Positions 1 to 12,460 of a stretch of 64,000 nucleotides of DNA are shown here, one piece after another. The number at the start of each line of letters is the position of its first letter. Positions within the stretch are counted from its first letter, which is position 1. Source of the stretch: Lama guanicoe. Taxonomy: Eukaryota. A program made the translations under genes and the position numbers. Below the pieces are notes generated by a model. That model was not told the origin of the DNA, searched no databases, and saw only the letters and a list, made by a program, of their open reading frames with translations. Location: assembly GCA_013239625.1 (NCBI GenBank), contig MU056050.1, positions 5,775,366 through 5,839,365 on the forward strand, in the 5' to 3' direction.

Positions 1-59
1 TCAAGCTACATTCTCCCACTGTACAATTTTACTTATTATTAGCTTTTAGATAAATTCTG

Positions 60-450
60 TTTCTATGCTTTCTTCTTTGACCCATGAGTGACACAGTAAC
101 ATTTTCATGTTTTCAAATATAAGGGGTTTGGTTACATTTTTGTTACTCATTTCTTAACTTAAATGCATTCTGGCTAAAGCATATGATCAGTATGATACTG
201 ATTAATTTTTAAATGTGTTTTAGGCATAGTACATGATCAGTTTCTTGTATGCTTAAAAAGAACCTCTATTCTATGATAGTTAGAAAAAGTATTCTAATTA
301 TGTATGTTCATTAAAGTTAACACTTTTGTTATTCTTTTTTATTCTTTTCTTAGTCTCCTATATTATTTCTGAGTTTTATTTTCTTGATCTATCAATTACC
401 TAGAGGGATATACAAAATTCTCTTACTATGATGGTGGATTGGTCAATTCC
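60..450 (-). mobile_element. Old L1M fragment (ORF2 endonuclease region, antisense)
   Basis: 'gatctatcaattacctagagggatatacaaaattctcttactatgatggtggattggtcaattcc' resembles the reverse complement of the L1 ORF2 endonuclease region (IIVGDFNTPLS); T-rich and heavily decayed. Confidence 0.65.
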
Positions 451-1299
451 TTGGATATGGTAATACTTACTTTCTGCTTCCCTATCAGCTCGCTTTCAAG
501 GGGCTCTCCACTCAGGTGATCCAGAAGATGACTTCTAGAGCACAAGATCCAGCATAATCACACCTGGGATCCAGATTTGGAATGACACTTTGCCTAGTAA
601 CAGTGTCTTTTGAAATCTGCATACGCAGGCGGGAAGTCAAAGCCCATATTGGAAGGGGGCAGTGAAAGTGAGCAATCAGGGTATTTCAGCAGTTCCTTGC
701 AAAGCACATAAGGAACTACCCATTCACCTACATCCCTGGCTATGATCCAATTCAGGACCCCAAAGCAAAGCAAACTCCACAGTATTTAATCACTGGTGTT
801 TCAAATAAGGAACTTCCCCTCTTTTTCATATGCTGTAAACAATCCAAGAGATAAAAACAGAACAAAACTAAACCAAAAAAAACCAAGGTGACACGGATGG
901 AGAAATCTAAAAATACATCCAGACCAAAAGAACCAGGGTGATGGGTGATTTCCATAAAGTAAAGATAGAATGCCCTATGCATGTGTATGTCAAGACATCA
1001 GCCCAAACATCAGGCACCCCAGTTTTCAAGACACATTTAGCTACTGGCAGGCTCAAATTAATTACAAGCCGTTCATCCCAAAGAGAGAAAGTTAGTTTTA
1101 AAGGGCAAGTTCTAAAATTCATGGAGAAACTGAGATGGAGAAGGCACTCTGGCTGGTTGATGCTGATCTATGTTCAACTGACCCATGCATCCACGCTCCT
1201 TCTCTGTCAAGTTTGACTTTCCTTTCCCCTCTACATACATCTCTCAAGATCTACTTATCATTTCCTTTCTCCTACAAGATAGATTTGATTTAACCTGGA

Positions 1300-1400
1300 T
1301 TAATATTTATATGTATATGTAAAATATAAAATGTGTAACACATGCTAGGTAAATATATACGTATATAACCATAATACATATAAATATATATATGCACATA
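1300..1400. repeat. Degenerate (TA)n/(TATG)n low-complexity tract
   Basis: atatatgtatatgt...atatatacgtatata...acatataaatatatatatgcacata. Confidence 0.6.
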
Positions 1401-1682
1401 AATGTGGTGATGTATGGGAGACAAAGGTGTACGTCCCAGGCTCATTCATCCATGACACCAAGTTTAAAGGCAAGACATTTAGCATTAACTACATTTCCTG
1501 GGGAAAAATGACTGTCATTCTGCCCCCTCCCAATATAGTTCAGCCACTCTTATTATACTTGGCTTTTTGACTCTCCCAGATAAAAAGAACCCACCGGTGA
1601 ACCATTTAGCACCTCACAAAATGCATCTAAACATAGCAAAATTCCTTTTACCCTTCTCAGAAGAAGGGGGAAAAAAGCTTTG

Positions 1683-1826
1683 GCGGGGAGGGTATAGCTC
1701 AAGTGGTAGAGCACAAGCTTAGTACACATGAGGTCCTGGGTTCAATCCCCAGTACCTCCTCTAAAAACAAGTAAATAAATAAATAAACCTAATTAACTCC
1801 CCTCCAAAAAAATGGTTTTTTTTTAT
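1683..1826 (+). mobile_element. tRNA-derived SINE, camelid Vic-1 type
   Basis: Head ggggagggtatagctcaagtggtagagc (A box), ggtcctgggttcaatcccc (B box), tail aaataaacctaatta-cccc-A run. 10-bp TSD aaaagctttg at 1673-1682 and 1827-1836. Confidence 0.92.
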
Positions 1827-2872
1827 AAAAGCTTTGACAAATAACTATCAAGAACTAAGATCCTGGATTCCCTAATATTCAAAAGATTTCATCTTGTCTT
1901 GCTCAGGAAAAAGAGTAGAATGAGATAGCCAGGGATAAAATGGTTAATCAGAGAAGGGAAGAGCTCATACAGCTTGACCAACCTCAGTAATTGACCTCTT
2001 AAGCTAATGTGTGTCATCCTAACACTGGAAGTTTAATCAACGGGGACCAGTTCCTCTTAGCATCCCAAGTTCTATAAATCACCATGTGTCCTAATTAGAA
2101 TCATCTCTCAGTAGACTCCCCAGATTACTGTGCCTCAGAGATATAGACAGAAAACCAAAAACCATGAGATTGTGGCCTCTCATTTCTGTAGATCTCTATT
2201 TTTCACTTAACGGTTATTTACTGAGTAACTACTACATGCAAGCATTGTCTTCAACACAGCAGTGAAGGAGTACTGCACTCAAAGCGTTTACTAACAAAAA
2301 CCTGTGCCCCGCTAGCAAAGACTTTGCTAAGAAAGAGACAGATAAAAGCTTGAGAGAATTCAGACAAAAAGATATGAGGGGATCTGTTAAAGGGAAGAAA
2401 GAGAAGACATGATTGTATTCAGAATAAAACCCAAACTTCCTACCATACCCTGCAAATGCCATACATAATCTGACTCCTGCCAATCCCTCGAAGTTTCGCA
2501 ACAGCCCTAAAAAGAGGTTGGCAATATTAGGCCCATTGCACAGAGAGAAAAATGAACCCTAGAGAAGGAGGACATGACCTATTATATGTCAGAACTAGCC
2601 ATGTCATATAAAAACAGTTATGGCTTTAATGCAAGGAGTTTAAAAATAGACTGGAAAAAACTTAATAAGATCTGAAGTTGATAAGGCTGCAGAGCAAGGG
2701 GCACTTTCATGCACCATCATGTGACTTTGTCATGGTGTTTTGGAGGGAGATTTGGCAGTGTTTATGACCATTTAAAAATGTGTCCTTTAAGTGACTATTT
2801 GTATTATAAGTACTATCCCACTTACAAGGGCACGTGCACTCACCTATACACGTCAATGTATAAACAAAGGTT

Positions 2873-3010
2873 GGGGGAGGGCATAGCTCAGTGGCAGAGT
2901 ATGAGTTTAGCATGCAAGAGGTCCTGATTTCAATCCTCACTACCTCCATTATGATAAATAAACAAACCTAATTACCTCCGACCCTCAAAAAAATGTTAAA
3001 AAAATTTTTA
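2873..3010 (+). mobile_element. tRNA-derived SINE, Vic-1 type (more diverged)
   Basis: gggggagggcatagctcagtggcagag...gaggtcctgatttcaatcctcactacctcc...aaacctaattacc plus an A-rich tail. Confidence 0.88.
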
Positions 3011-3021
3011 CTTAAAAAAAA

Positions 3022-3099
3022 GTATGACTGAAACATTATGTTCTATGCCAAAAGTTGACACAACATTGTGAACTGACTATACTTCAATTAAAAAAAAAA
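3022..3099 (+). mobile_element. Very short L1 3' terminus (camelid/artiodactyl type) with poly(A)
   Basis: gtatgactgaaacattatg...ttgacacaacattgtgaactgactatacttcaatt(a)n; similar to the L1 3' ends at 9350-9420 and 26880-26950. Confidence 0.8.
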
Positions 3100-4324
3100 T
3101 CAGAGAGTGTGCCAACAATTCCCTTCCCAGTGGTTGACTCTGGGGAAGAAAGTGAGAGTGGGGCAGGAGGGGTCAAGATGGGTTTCACTTTTTACTCTAT
3201 TTTTCGCTAAACATTTATGGGTAGGATATACTTGAGAGTGTCTTACGTACTTCAAATCAGTATTTCTTTTTGAAAGAAAGAAAACAGGCTAGATGAACAC
3301 ACTGGAAAAGTCTTCAGTGATGGCAAGATTATGAGTAACATTTCTTTTGTCTCTTGAAACAGGGTACCCTTACCCTTACCTTGCATTTTTGGAAATTTTG
3401 ATGGACACAACAGGGAAAAGCTATCATATAAACACTGCAAGCAGGTTTCTTTGTCTCCCATGATAAGGACTAAAGTCACCTTCGGGGCAGACTGCTGTTT
3501 TGTTTGGACAAGAGTCCCCTGAACAGCCCCTTGTTACAGTTAAAAACATCAATTTTACTTGGAGAAAACGATCAAGTAATCTGAATGGACATGTTTCAGA
3601 TTCAAACGTAACTCTTCTTTTCCATAATGTGAACTGTAATATATGACTGAGCCAGGGCTGTATCTGCAGATTTTATTGCTGTGGAATTGGTATGGGGCTG
3701 GCTTTGTATGACTTTAGACTACACTGTGCTTGGATTGTTGTCTGTTCAGTTGGAGACGGGGAAGTGTCCAGCGATACCTCACGAGACAGCTTTAGTGGAG
3801 ACCCAGACACCTACAGGAGGGCGACACACATGTGAACCTCACCTGCTGCAGAGCTCAAATTCTTATAAAACAAGAACCGGGAGGTTTCTGTGGCTTCAAC
3901 TGCGCTGAATTGGGAGAATTCTATACATTGTATTTTTAATCTGAAACCATATGGCCCAAACTTTGGGAAATGCACTGATGCTAAATAAATCATCTCCTGC
4001 TATCACTGTCTTTAGGGTTAAAGAGGAAGGGTATAATTCCACAAGTTTCCAACAAGACAGAGTGGGAGCTGTCTCCTCGGAAGAGGTGACACTGAATTAG
4101 CAGTCAATAAAATGACAGGACTTGGGGGAGGAAATCAGAACACGGGAAGCTAATTCAAGAATAAGGCAAGTCAGTGAGCAAGCTGGCCGAGCAGATCAGC
4201 GTGAAGTCAAGTCACAAGGCACGACAAAGTCGTCCAGCCTTTCTTCCAACATAGGGTCTGGCAGCATCAGATATTGAGCCAAGGGGTTAAGCCAAAAAAA
4301 ACTTCTGCAGCCAAACTTTCAAAT

Positions 4325-4442
4325 ACTATCTGATTCCTAGGAAGACGGTGCTTTTCTCATTCGTTGCTATATCCCTAGTGCCTACAACAGTACCTGGAAC
4401 ATAACTGCTGCTTAAGAAATATTTACTGACAGAATGAATACA
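4325..4442 (+). mobile_element. L2 3' end
   Basis: tatccctagtgcctacaacagtacctggaacata...aaatatttactgacagaatgaata matches the L2 3' terminus. Confidence 0.75.
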
Positions 4443-5559
4443 TGAAACATGGGCAGCGAGCTTCTCAGGTCTTAAAGAAACTTCTCTCAAAGCTACCTAA
4501 CAGCAGTAAACCTTCTGCAGATCCACCTGTCTGATTTGAAATGAGTACTCCACAGGTTCAGTTCTGCTCCCTCAATATCCAAATTATCAGGCAAGGCAAC
4601 CACTAAGGAAAGTGGAGACTACCCAAGGGGAACGAATCCTGGAGATTACAGCTGGGGGGAAAGACGGATGCCACCCAATGCTAAAATAAAAGACACCAAG
4701 TCAGAAGCACACATGTATAAATAGGCTTTAAAGTGAAGGCAATGCTTCAACTCACTGGAGATACATCCACAAGGAGGCCTTTTGTAAAGACTTGGTTTTC
4801 CTTATATTATTTTTTTAATGTTCCTTCTAAATACATAAGGGGAAGGAGATGAGTAGAATTTGATAGATAGATGGCAATGCGATTGTTTCTGGGTTCCACA
4901 AACCCCAGGGATGGACCCTGAGCCACGCACACCCCTGAAAATTTCTGACTGATCACATATATAATCTATATTTTCTGCATCATGAGGTTGGGAACCTCAA
5001 GATTTTAAAACAATTACTTCAACTCTCCAGTTCCCTTTGCTTGTTTAGACACAGATTTAGTGGCCATTTCAAGATAGGAATGTTCTGATTTCTTTCACCT
5101 GCCAGGATGCCATTGCATTACACCTTTTTATTCGAGTTTTCGTCTCATTAATTTCCCCTCTTTAATCCTGTGAGGAGCCAGTGTCCTTTAATGTCATCCA
5201 TTGAATTTCCCAGGAGTGAACACCTTGTTTTTTCATCTTGCAAACATCTACTAATTAATGGTCATCACCACCTTCTCATTAATGCTCAATACAGGAGGCA
5301 ATTAATGATCACTCATGCACCAGATGAGATTTTCAGGCACGGCTCACTCCAATAGTGCTGGAGCTTTTCTGACCTCAGTCTTAATTCTGTTTCTGTGTCC
5401 TTTCTGTAAAGAGAAGGATGCCACAATCTTACTTTCTAGACTTCTCCCAAACAACAGACTCTTTCCAACAGTCAACAAATATGTTAAGTCATCGCCAGAT
5501 AATATTTACGTAAATTTTTTCTTTAAAGTGCAAATGCAATACAAAGGGACCGCAGCCCT

Positions 5560-6340
5560 TCAACTTTCTACCTCCCTCTAGCTATTATGTCCTCTCTTCA
5601 TAGCCAAGCATCTTCCATAAGTAAGCTACTCTCAGTGTCCTTACTTCTATTTTAACTGAGTATAATCTGGTAACTGAAATACACTTGCTACTAAAATTAC
5701 TTACCAAGCTCAATAATTATCTCTAAATGCAAAAATCTTTGGATTCTTTGTGCCCTATGCTTCTACTGATTATCTCTTTATTTTAACTAATCATTCTGGT
5801 GATGTTTATAGTACCTTTTTTTGTTTGTTTGTTTTGCTTTCAAATTTCTTACACGGTTTATCCTCATTTTCCTTCACTTTGTCCATCACTCAACTATTGA
5901 TATATTCCAGCCTTCTTCCTTGGCTCTCTTTCCTAAAATTATCTTACGAAAACCCACCTACTCTTCTGTTTTTAGCTAATCATTTTTCAAATTGCTGCCT
6001 TGTGTCCCATTTTATTTCCTGAGTCTGGGTTCATTATCTGGCTGTCTACTGAAAGCCTCCACTTGGATGACCCACAGAGAACTCATACTCAGCGGCTCTC
6101 AAACTAGACTCATCATCTGCCTCACCTCAAATATATTCCTCCTCCAGCGTTCTTAGGGCATCACTACTCCTGCAGGTGTTCATGTCAGAAATGTGGAAGC
6201 CAATCTTTATTCTGCCATGTCTCTCATCCCTTCACGCACAATCCAGTCTTAACACTACTTCCTAATGATCTCTTAAACTCTTATCTTCCTTTCCCCACTA
6301 ATAGTTTACCCCCACCAGTATGAAATCCAAAATCCTTATG
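5560..6340 (+). mobile_element. Decayed L2 body fragments
   Basis: Pyrimidine-rich L2-like phrases such as ctccacttggatgacccacagagaactcatactcagc...ctcaaactagactcatcatct and tctctcatcccttcacgcacaatccagtc. Confidence 0.55.
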
Positions 6341-7574
6341 ACAACCATCCAATGCTCATTTAACAGCTGTTTATTGTCAACTCTTGGTCTAAGCATGATA
6401 CAACATACTTTTCATGTTTAAGCCCGTAGCTACACTGTAGTGTCATCTCCTCCTATTTTTTCCAACCTCCTTGCCACTTTCCTTGCTTGAAACATAACAA
6501 CTTACTTACATCTAACTAAATGCATACCTCTCTCTTGTTTACTGTGACTGAGTTTTGTAAACATTCAGTTTAAGTCAAAATAATTAAATATCAAGTGACT
6601 CTATTCTTTTTGTGGCTGCACAAGGGTACCCAGATATATTCTTTTACTTCCTGGGGACAGTCCATGTGCTTTTTTATCAATCAGACCCACTGCTACTACA
6701 AGGAAATGACTCAACTGGCCTGAGGAGGTTTTGCTGGAGGCCAGCAAAGTAGGTTAGATGGACTTGAGGTGAGGAAGGGAACCAAGGGTGACAGTTCTGC
6801 CCAGGATGTCTTCCAGTCCAGCCAAGAAAAGCTGGACTAGATTAGGCTTAAGTTATCCAAATACTTTTGGAGTACACTTACTCAAGACTTTAAACCAAAG
6901 AAAATCTTTGGTACAGAATATAAATCCTGATTTAAGACCTAGAAGAGAAAAATGATGAGACTGAAAGGTTTTTGACCCTCATCACAACAAGGGCGTGGGC
7001 TCCACGTCTTTCTGGGTAGTATGCTAGCACTGAAAGGGAGAGAGAAGGGTAAGGGATTCTAATATCTCTTTTTTTCTATTTCTTTAAGCTTCTCATTACC
7101 CAGGACTACTCCCAGATCATCCCCTTTACTAAAGTTCAACTTGTTCTGTCAATATATCCTTCAGTGGGTGTTCCTCACCTGCTGCAAATGCTTTCTTTAC
7201 AGAGATTATTTTTCAATCAAATTTTCCAGCCTAATACTCCCCTCTGACCATTCCTGACTCTCTTACTATTTCCACTCTCAGTTAGGAGATCTCCCTAGGA
7301 TTTGATTAAGCATGGAAAGAAAATATAGTCATTTTCTCCTCCCCCAGGAAAGCCAGACACAATCCTAATGATAAGACATACAATCTGATTTGGGGCGGGG
7401 GTCTTTCCTCTGATACATATCACAGGTATTCAAATCATTATCAAATCTTTGTTATTTAAACCATTGTTTCTGCTGCTCATAATTTGTAACAACTGCATTA
7501 CTGGAAAACAACTGCCTTAAAATCCAGTTTCTAAAACACTATCTTTCAATTTCTTAACACTAACAAAAAGCATG

Positions 7575-7735
7575 TATGTCAGACTTATAATGCACAAGGC
7601 ATTGTTCTAAATTGCCTATGAGTCAGGCATCATTATTATCCAAACTTTACTGATACAGAAATAGGCACAGAGAAACTAAGACACTAACCAAAGCCACACA
7701 GCTAACAAATGTCAGAAACATACTTCTAAACGCGT
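7575..7735 (-). mobile_element. MIR SINE
   Basis: Antisense MIR core: attattatccaaactttactgatacagaaataggcacagag...ccaaagccacacagcta. Confidence 0.7.
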
Positions 7736-7916
7736 TTCTTCTAAAAGTCGTCTGTCTCAAGTGCACATCTTTAAGTATTATGTTTTTCCTGTCCCCTTTT
7801 GACTATCAAGTCAGAGGTAAAATTCACGTGACATTTCACATTCTCTCCCCAGCAGCCTTTCAAGATGCTATAAAGACACACTTGGTAATATCTTAATTTA
7901 AACCCCTTATTTGAAA

Positions 7917-8061
7917 TATCCAATACAGTAGCAGCTAGCTACATGTGGCTATAGAGATCTTAAAATATAGCTAGTGCAACTGAATTTTTAATATTATTCA
8001 ATTTTAATTACTTTTCACTTAAAATAGCCACGTGGCAATGACGACTGCCTTGGACAGTGTA
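7917..8061 (+). mobile_element. MER3-type hAT-Charlie MITE (partial)
   Basis: tccaatacagtagcagctagctacatgtggctat...gctagtgcaactgaatttttaat...aaatagccacgtggcaatgacgactgccttggacagtgtag; internal inverted arms typical of MER3. Confidence 0.8.
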
Positions 8062-8664
8062 GTAGCCTTGTTTGTTTTTTGTTGCTGTTGTAGTTTTAGT
8101 AATCAGAAAATGGATGTTGAGTAAACACAGACTTCCCACTAAAAAGAAAACAAATTGATGAACATGGCCGTTTCCTCCCAATATAATACAGCATAACTGG
8201 GAACCTAAGACACAGTGAAAAATACGTAACAATCTAATGTTGCTGTTGAATTGAGACTGATACTAGGACAAGGCAGAACAAGAGAAGTCGGGCCACTGAA
8301 CCAATGCACAGATATGTCATGTTAGGTTCATGGCAAACGAGTTCAAGGTTACAGCCAGAGCACTAGAGGACAAGATCAAGAGGGTTCAGGTTGACCAAGA
8401 GAAAAAGCATGCATCATAGTTTTGGATGTTAACCTAAACAAAAAGGAGATCATCCGTGGTGTACAAGCTGAGGCAAGACAGAAGTCTCTGTGAGACAAAA
8501 GGGCTCAGGCATAGCACAGACTGAGTGTATATGCAATAATTAACCCATGCTGGGCACCACACAAGAGAGAATAAAATCAAAATAGGAAGAGATGATACAT
8601 TTAAAAGGAAAAGTACCAGCAAGCGGGTCGCCCTCAGCTGCTCCAGCTGAGGACCGCGGATCGT

Positions 8665-8885
8665 AATGGTAACAGGTATTGCCTAGCGGGCACCCAGCCA
8701 GACACCTCACTACGTGCTTCATATACACATAATGCATTTAATCTTGCAAGGAAAGTATTCTTCTTAGCTTCATTTTATAGATGAGAAAACCGATCATTAT
8801 TGAGGTGATCTTCCAAGAATCACACAGCTATTAAGTGGTAGAGACAGGATTTAAACCACATTCTGTCTAATTTCAAAGTCCATCA
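8665..8885 (-). mobile_element. MIR SINE
   Basis: cattttatagatgagaaaac...aagaatcacacagctattaagtggtagagacaggatttaaacc is the antisense MIR core. Confidence 0.82.
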
Positions 8886-9040
8886 AATTTGCGCTACTCT
8901 ATAATTATCTTTAGGCCTAGAAAGAGGGAAAGTTTCTTTAGGGGAATTTGCCTGGCCTAACAGGAAAAAGGAGCTCTCTTCAAAGAGAAGTTCAAAAGAG
9001 TAAGAGCCTGAAATGATATGTCCGATAAGGGTTAATATCC

Positions 9041-9043
9041 TAT

Positions 9044-9074
<31 letters not shown>

Positions 9075-9083
9075 CATATATAT
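9041..9083. repeat. Compound (CA)n(TA)n microsatellite inside the L1
   Basis: tatacacacacacacacacacatatatatatatacatatatata. Confidence 0.9.
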
Positions 9084-9135
9084 AAAGAATTCATATATTA
9101 ACATCAAAAAACCAATATGATTAAAAACTTGGCAG

Positions 9136-9460
9136 AAACAGACTCCTAGACATAGAATACAAACTTGTGTTTGCGAAGGGGGCTGGGGGTGGGAAGGGAC
9201 AGACTGGGAGTTCAAAATTTGTAGATACTGACAGGCATATGCAGAATAGATAAGCAAGATTACACTGTATAGCACAGGGAAATATACACAAGATCTTGTG
9301 GTGGCTCACAGAGAAAAAAACATGACAATGAATATACGTATGTTCATGTATAACTGAAAAATTGTGCTCTACACTGGAATTTGACACAACATTGTAAAAT
9401 GACTGTAAATCAAAAAAATGTTTAAAAAATATAATGGAAAAGAATCTGAAAAGAGGGGAA
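9136..9460 (+). mobile_element. Young camelid L1 3' UTR nested in an older L1
   Basis: aaacagactcctagacatagaatacaaacttgtg...ctacactggaatttgacacaacattgtaaaatgactgtaaatc(a)n; near-identical to 53615-53831. The host L1 resumes at ...gggcagaggatctgag. Confidence 0.88.
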
Positions 9461-11119
9461 AAAAGAACTGGGCAGAGGATCTGAGTAGGCATTTTTCCAG
9501 AGAAGACAGAGATGGCTAACAGGCACATGAAAAGATGCTCAACATCACTATCAGGAAAATGCAAATCAAAACCACAATGAGATATCACCTCACACCTTTC
9601 AGAATGGTTATCACCAAAATCTACAAATAACAATGTTGGCAAGGATGTGGAAAAAAAGGGACCCTTGTATACTGCTGGTGGGAATGTAAATTGGTACAAC
9701 CAGTATAGAAACCAATATGGAGTTTCCTAAAAAAGAATTAAGACTAGAACTACCATATGATCCATCAATTCGACTTTGGGCTATTTATCCAAAGAAAATG
9801 AAACCACTAATTCAAAAAGATTTATGCCTCTCTATTATCAATGCAACATTATTTACAATAGCCAAGATCCGGAAGCACCTTAAGTGTCCATTAACACATG
9901 AATGGATAAATACGTAGTACATATATACAATGGAATATTACTCTGTGATAAAAAAGAATGATATTTTCCAATTTCCAACCCAATGAATTAACTTGGAAGG
10001 TACTGTACTTCAGGAAATGTCAGGTAGTGAAAGACAAATACTGTATGTTTTCACTTATGTCTGGAACATAAAAATGAAAACAGATGAACAAATAGAATAA
10101 ACTAGAAACAGACTCAGAGATACAAAGAACAAACTAGTCGTTACCAGAGGGGAGGGAAGAGGAATCAGGGGAGAGGTGAATTAAGTGAAGAGAATGAAAA
10201 GCACAAACAGTTATAAAAAAAAAATAAGTTACAAGGATGTAATGTACAGCACAGGGAATATAGTCAATATTTTATAATAACTTTGTAGGCGTATAATCTA
10301 GAAAAATATCTAATCACTATGTTGTACACCTGAAACTAATATACTACTGTAATTCAACCATATTTCAGTAGTTTTTTTTTAAAAAAAGGAGTCAGAGGCT
10401 ACATGATGGGCATATGTTGTAATGTCAGAGATAAAAGGAGAGCTTTCATTGGGGGAGTGCCCGATTGACCAAGGACAGTGTAAGGGCTACGCTGGAGGCA
10501 ACAGCAAAGGGTGGAACACTGTTAATATTAGCTTCCATTTAAACGTGTGCAAGCCACTGAATGAGATATTTCCCATAGAACTAGAGGATTTATAGCTAAT
10601 ATTCATAATTCTCATTTAAATTATTTATGAGAGATGGTGATGAGCTGTATGTCATAGGCGAAGGCTAGAGTACATGAAAAGGCATGGGTTACAACCCAGG
10701 CAAGTCCAGTTCTAAAGTCATACTTTTTCCTTGCTGAACAAATGGCTTCCATGAAAGGCAACATGGAAGGCTTTGATCTTTCTCTACCCTTCAAGTGTTC
10801 CCTTCTGGGACTTCTATTATTCAGATCCTCTTTTAGGTTGGGTGTATGTTTCAATGGCCAAATATCCAGACCATTCAGGATCTCTTGGCCTCTGAAGATT
10901 ATGTCCTCTTCTCAGCTATTAATTTTCATAGGAATCAACCCAGTGGTAACTGTAGAATTTCTATATGCTGAGGAATGTGGGTATGGTGATCTGGTTAGAG
11001 ACCTACCTAGGGAATCTGTCTGTAAGCTGCATCACCATATTGAGCTTTTAAGCACATGGTTCTTATTTTGATTTACATGAAAGTTTCTACTTCCTGATTA
11101 CTGGCCTAGTTTTAAAACT

Positions 11120-11420
11120 TTGTTTCTATTGAAGCAAAATTTATGTAAAGAGAAATGCACATGTCTTAAGGGTACACATTTAATTAGCTTTGACTAATGT
11201 GTAACCTCCTGCAACCAATACTCAAAAAGCAGGATATGGAATATTTCTATTGTTCCAGAAAAAAGTTCCCTTGGTACCCCTTCCAAATCAATCCCTCACT
11301 ACGACCCCTAGTCTAGGTAACCACTGTTTGGTTTTTTTGTCCATCCTTGAAATCCATTTAAATGTAAAGTATATATACTTTTCTGTCTCTGGTTTCTTGC
11401 ACTCAACCTTGTTTGTAACA
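11120..11420 (-). mobile_element. Old L1M (L1MC/ME-like) 3' UTR, antisense, part 1
   Basis: aaatgcacatgtcttaagggtacac...ggatatggaatatttctattgttccagaaaaaagttccctt...ggtaaccactg. Confidence 0.75.
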
Positions 11421-11464
11421 GTGATCTATTTACTAAAGAGAACATTCTTTCCCCATCATATATC

Positions 11465-11970
11465 CCTAGCCAGCCTTAGAAAATTAAGGTAAATCCTGTC
11501 ATTTGCAACAACATGGATGAACCTGTAGGACATTATGCTAAGCGAAATAAATGAGGCAGGAAAGAATGGACACTAAATTATCACCTATATGGGGAATATA
11601 AACTCAGAGGCAGAGCCCACAACTTGTCGTTACAAGGCACTGGAGGTGGGGCAGGGGGAAGGAGAAACTGTTGACCAAAGGGTACAAAGTTTCAGTTATA
11701 CAGGGTAATTAAGTCCTAGAGAGAGATCTATAGCACATCATACTGCATACAGTTAACACTGAATTGTACACTTAAGATCTTATGTTGTTTTTAATCCAAA
11801 CAAACACGTAAGTAGGAGGAAACTTTTATAGGCAATGGATACACTCATGGCATTGATTGTGGTGATTTCATGGATGTATACTTAACTACAAATTCATCAG
11901 ACTGTATATGTTTAATATGTTCAGTGTTTTGTATGTCACTAGTACCTTAATAAAGCAGTTTAAAAAAAGA
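11465..11970 (+). mobile_element. L1MA/MB-like 3' UTR inserted into the antisense L1M
   Basis: aaatcctgtcatttgcaacaacatggatgaacctgtaggacattatgctaagcgaaataa...aaagggtacaaagtttcagttata...taccttaataaagcagttt(a)n. Confidence 0.8.
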
Positions 11971-11974
11971 CTGA

Positions 11975-12460
11975 CCTATATTTTAGCCTACATCAGTAAT
12001 CCATTCTTTTTGCTGAATAGTATTCCAGTGAATGGACATAACACAACTTGTTTATCCATTCCCCTGTGGAGGGGTATTTGGGTTGCTTTTATCTTGAGGG
12101 TATTTGAAGGAAAAAAAAACCCGTGGGAAACATTCTGTACAAGTCTCTTTTGTGGACATATATTTTCATTTCTCCCGGGAAAAGTGCCTAGGAGTCAAAA
12201 TGCTGGGTCACAGGGAAGGTGCAGATTTAACCAGAAGAAACTCCAAGGTAGTTTTCCAGAGTGGTTGTAACATTTTATAGTCTTTCCAGCCAAGGACAGG
12301 AGTCTTGGTTACTTCATGTACTCACAAAGCTTTGGTATTGCCAGTCTATTTAATTTTAGCCACTCTGGTGGGTGTGTAGTGGTAATCCTACTGAGGTTTT
12401 CATTTACGTTTCCCTGATGACTAGTGACATTAAACATCTCTTCATGTGCTTAGTGAGGTT
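11975..12460 (-). mobile_element. Old L1M antisense, part 2 (continuation of 11120-11420)
   Basis: ttgctgaatagtattccagtgaatggacataacacaacttgtttatccattcccc...ttttagccactctggtgggtgtgtagtggtaatc...ttccctgatgactagtgac...ttcatgtgctta. Confidence 0.8.

Larger units (their letters stand above)
9010..10387 (+). mobile_element. 5'-truncated L1 (ORF2 C-terminus plus 3' UTR), interrupted by a younger L1 3' end
   Basis: Typical L1 text (gaaaagatgctcaacatcact...gcaaatcaaaaccacaatgagatatcacctcacac). ORF 9717-9917 (ELPYDPSIRLWAIYPK...LFTIAK...KCP...EWI) is a decayed L1 ORF2 C-terminus. 3' UTR ends tacacctgaaactaatata...aaccatatttcag. Confidence 0.92.

Noticed and set aside
1683..1760. tRNA-like sequence with A and B boxes (also at 2873, 32190, 46862, 55599, 62427, 41241)
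   Set aside because: These are SINE heads with SINE tails and TSDs, not tRNA genes.
9121..9699. Longest ORF in the track (192 aa, minus strand)
   Set aside because: Antisense reading of nested L1 sequences. L1 antisense strands often give such ORFs; this is not a gene.
9717..9917. ORF resembling a real protein
   Set aside because: Decayed L1 ORF2 C-terminal fragment inside a truncated L1.
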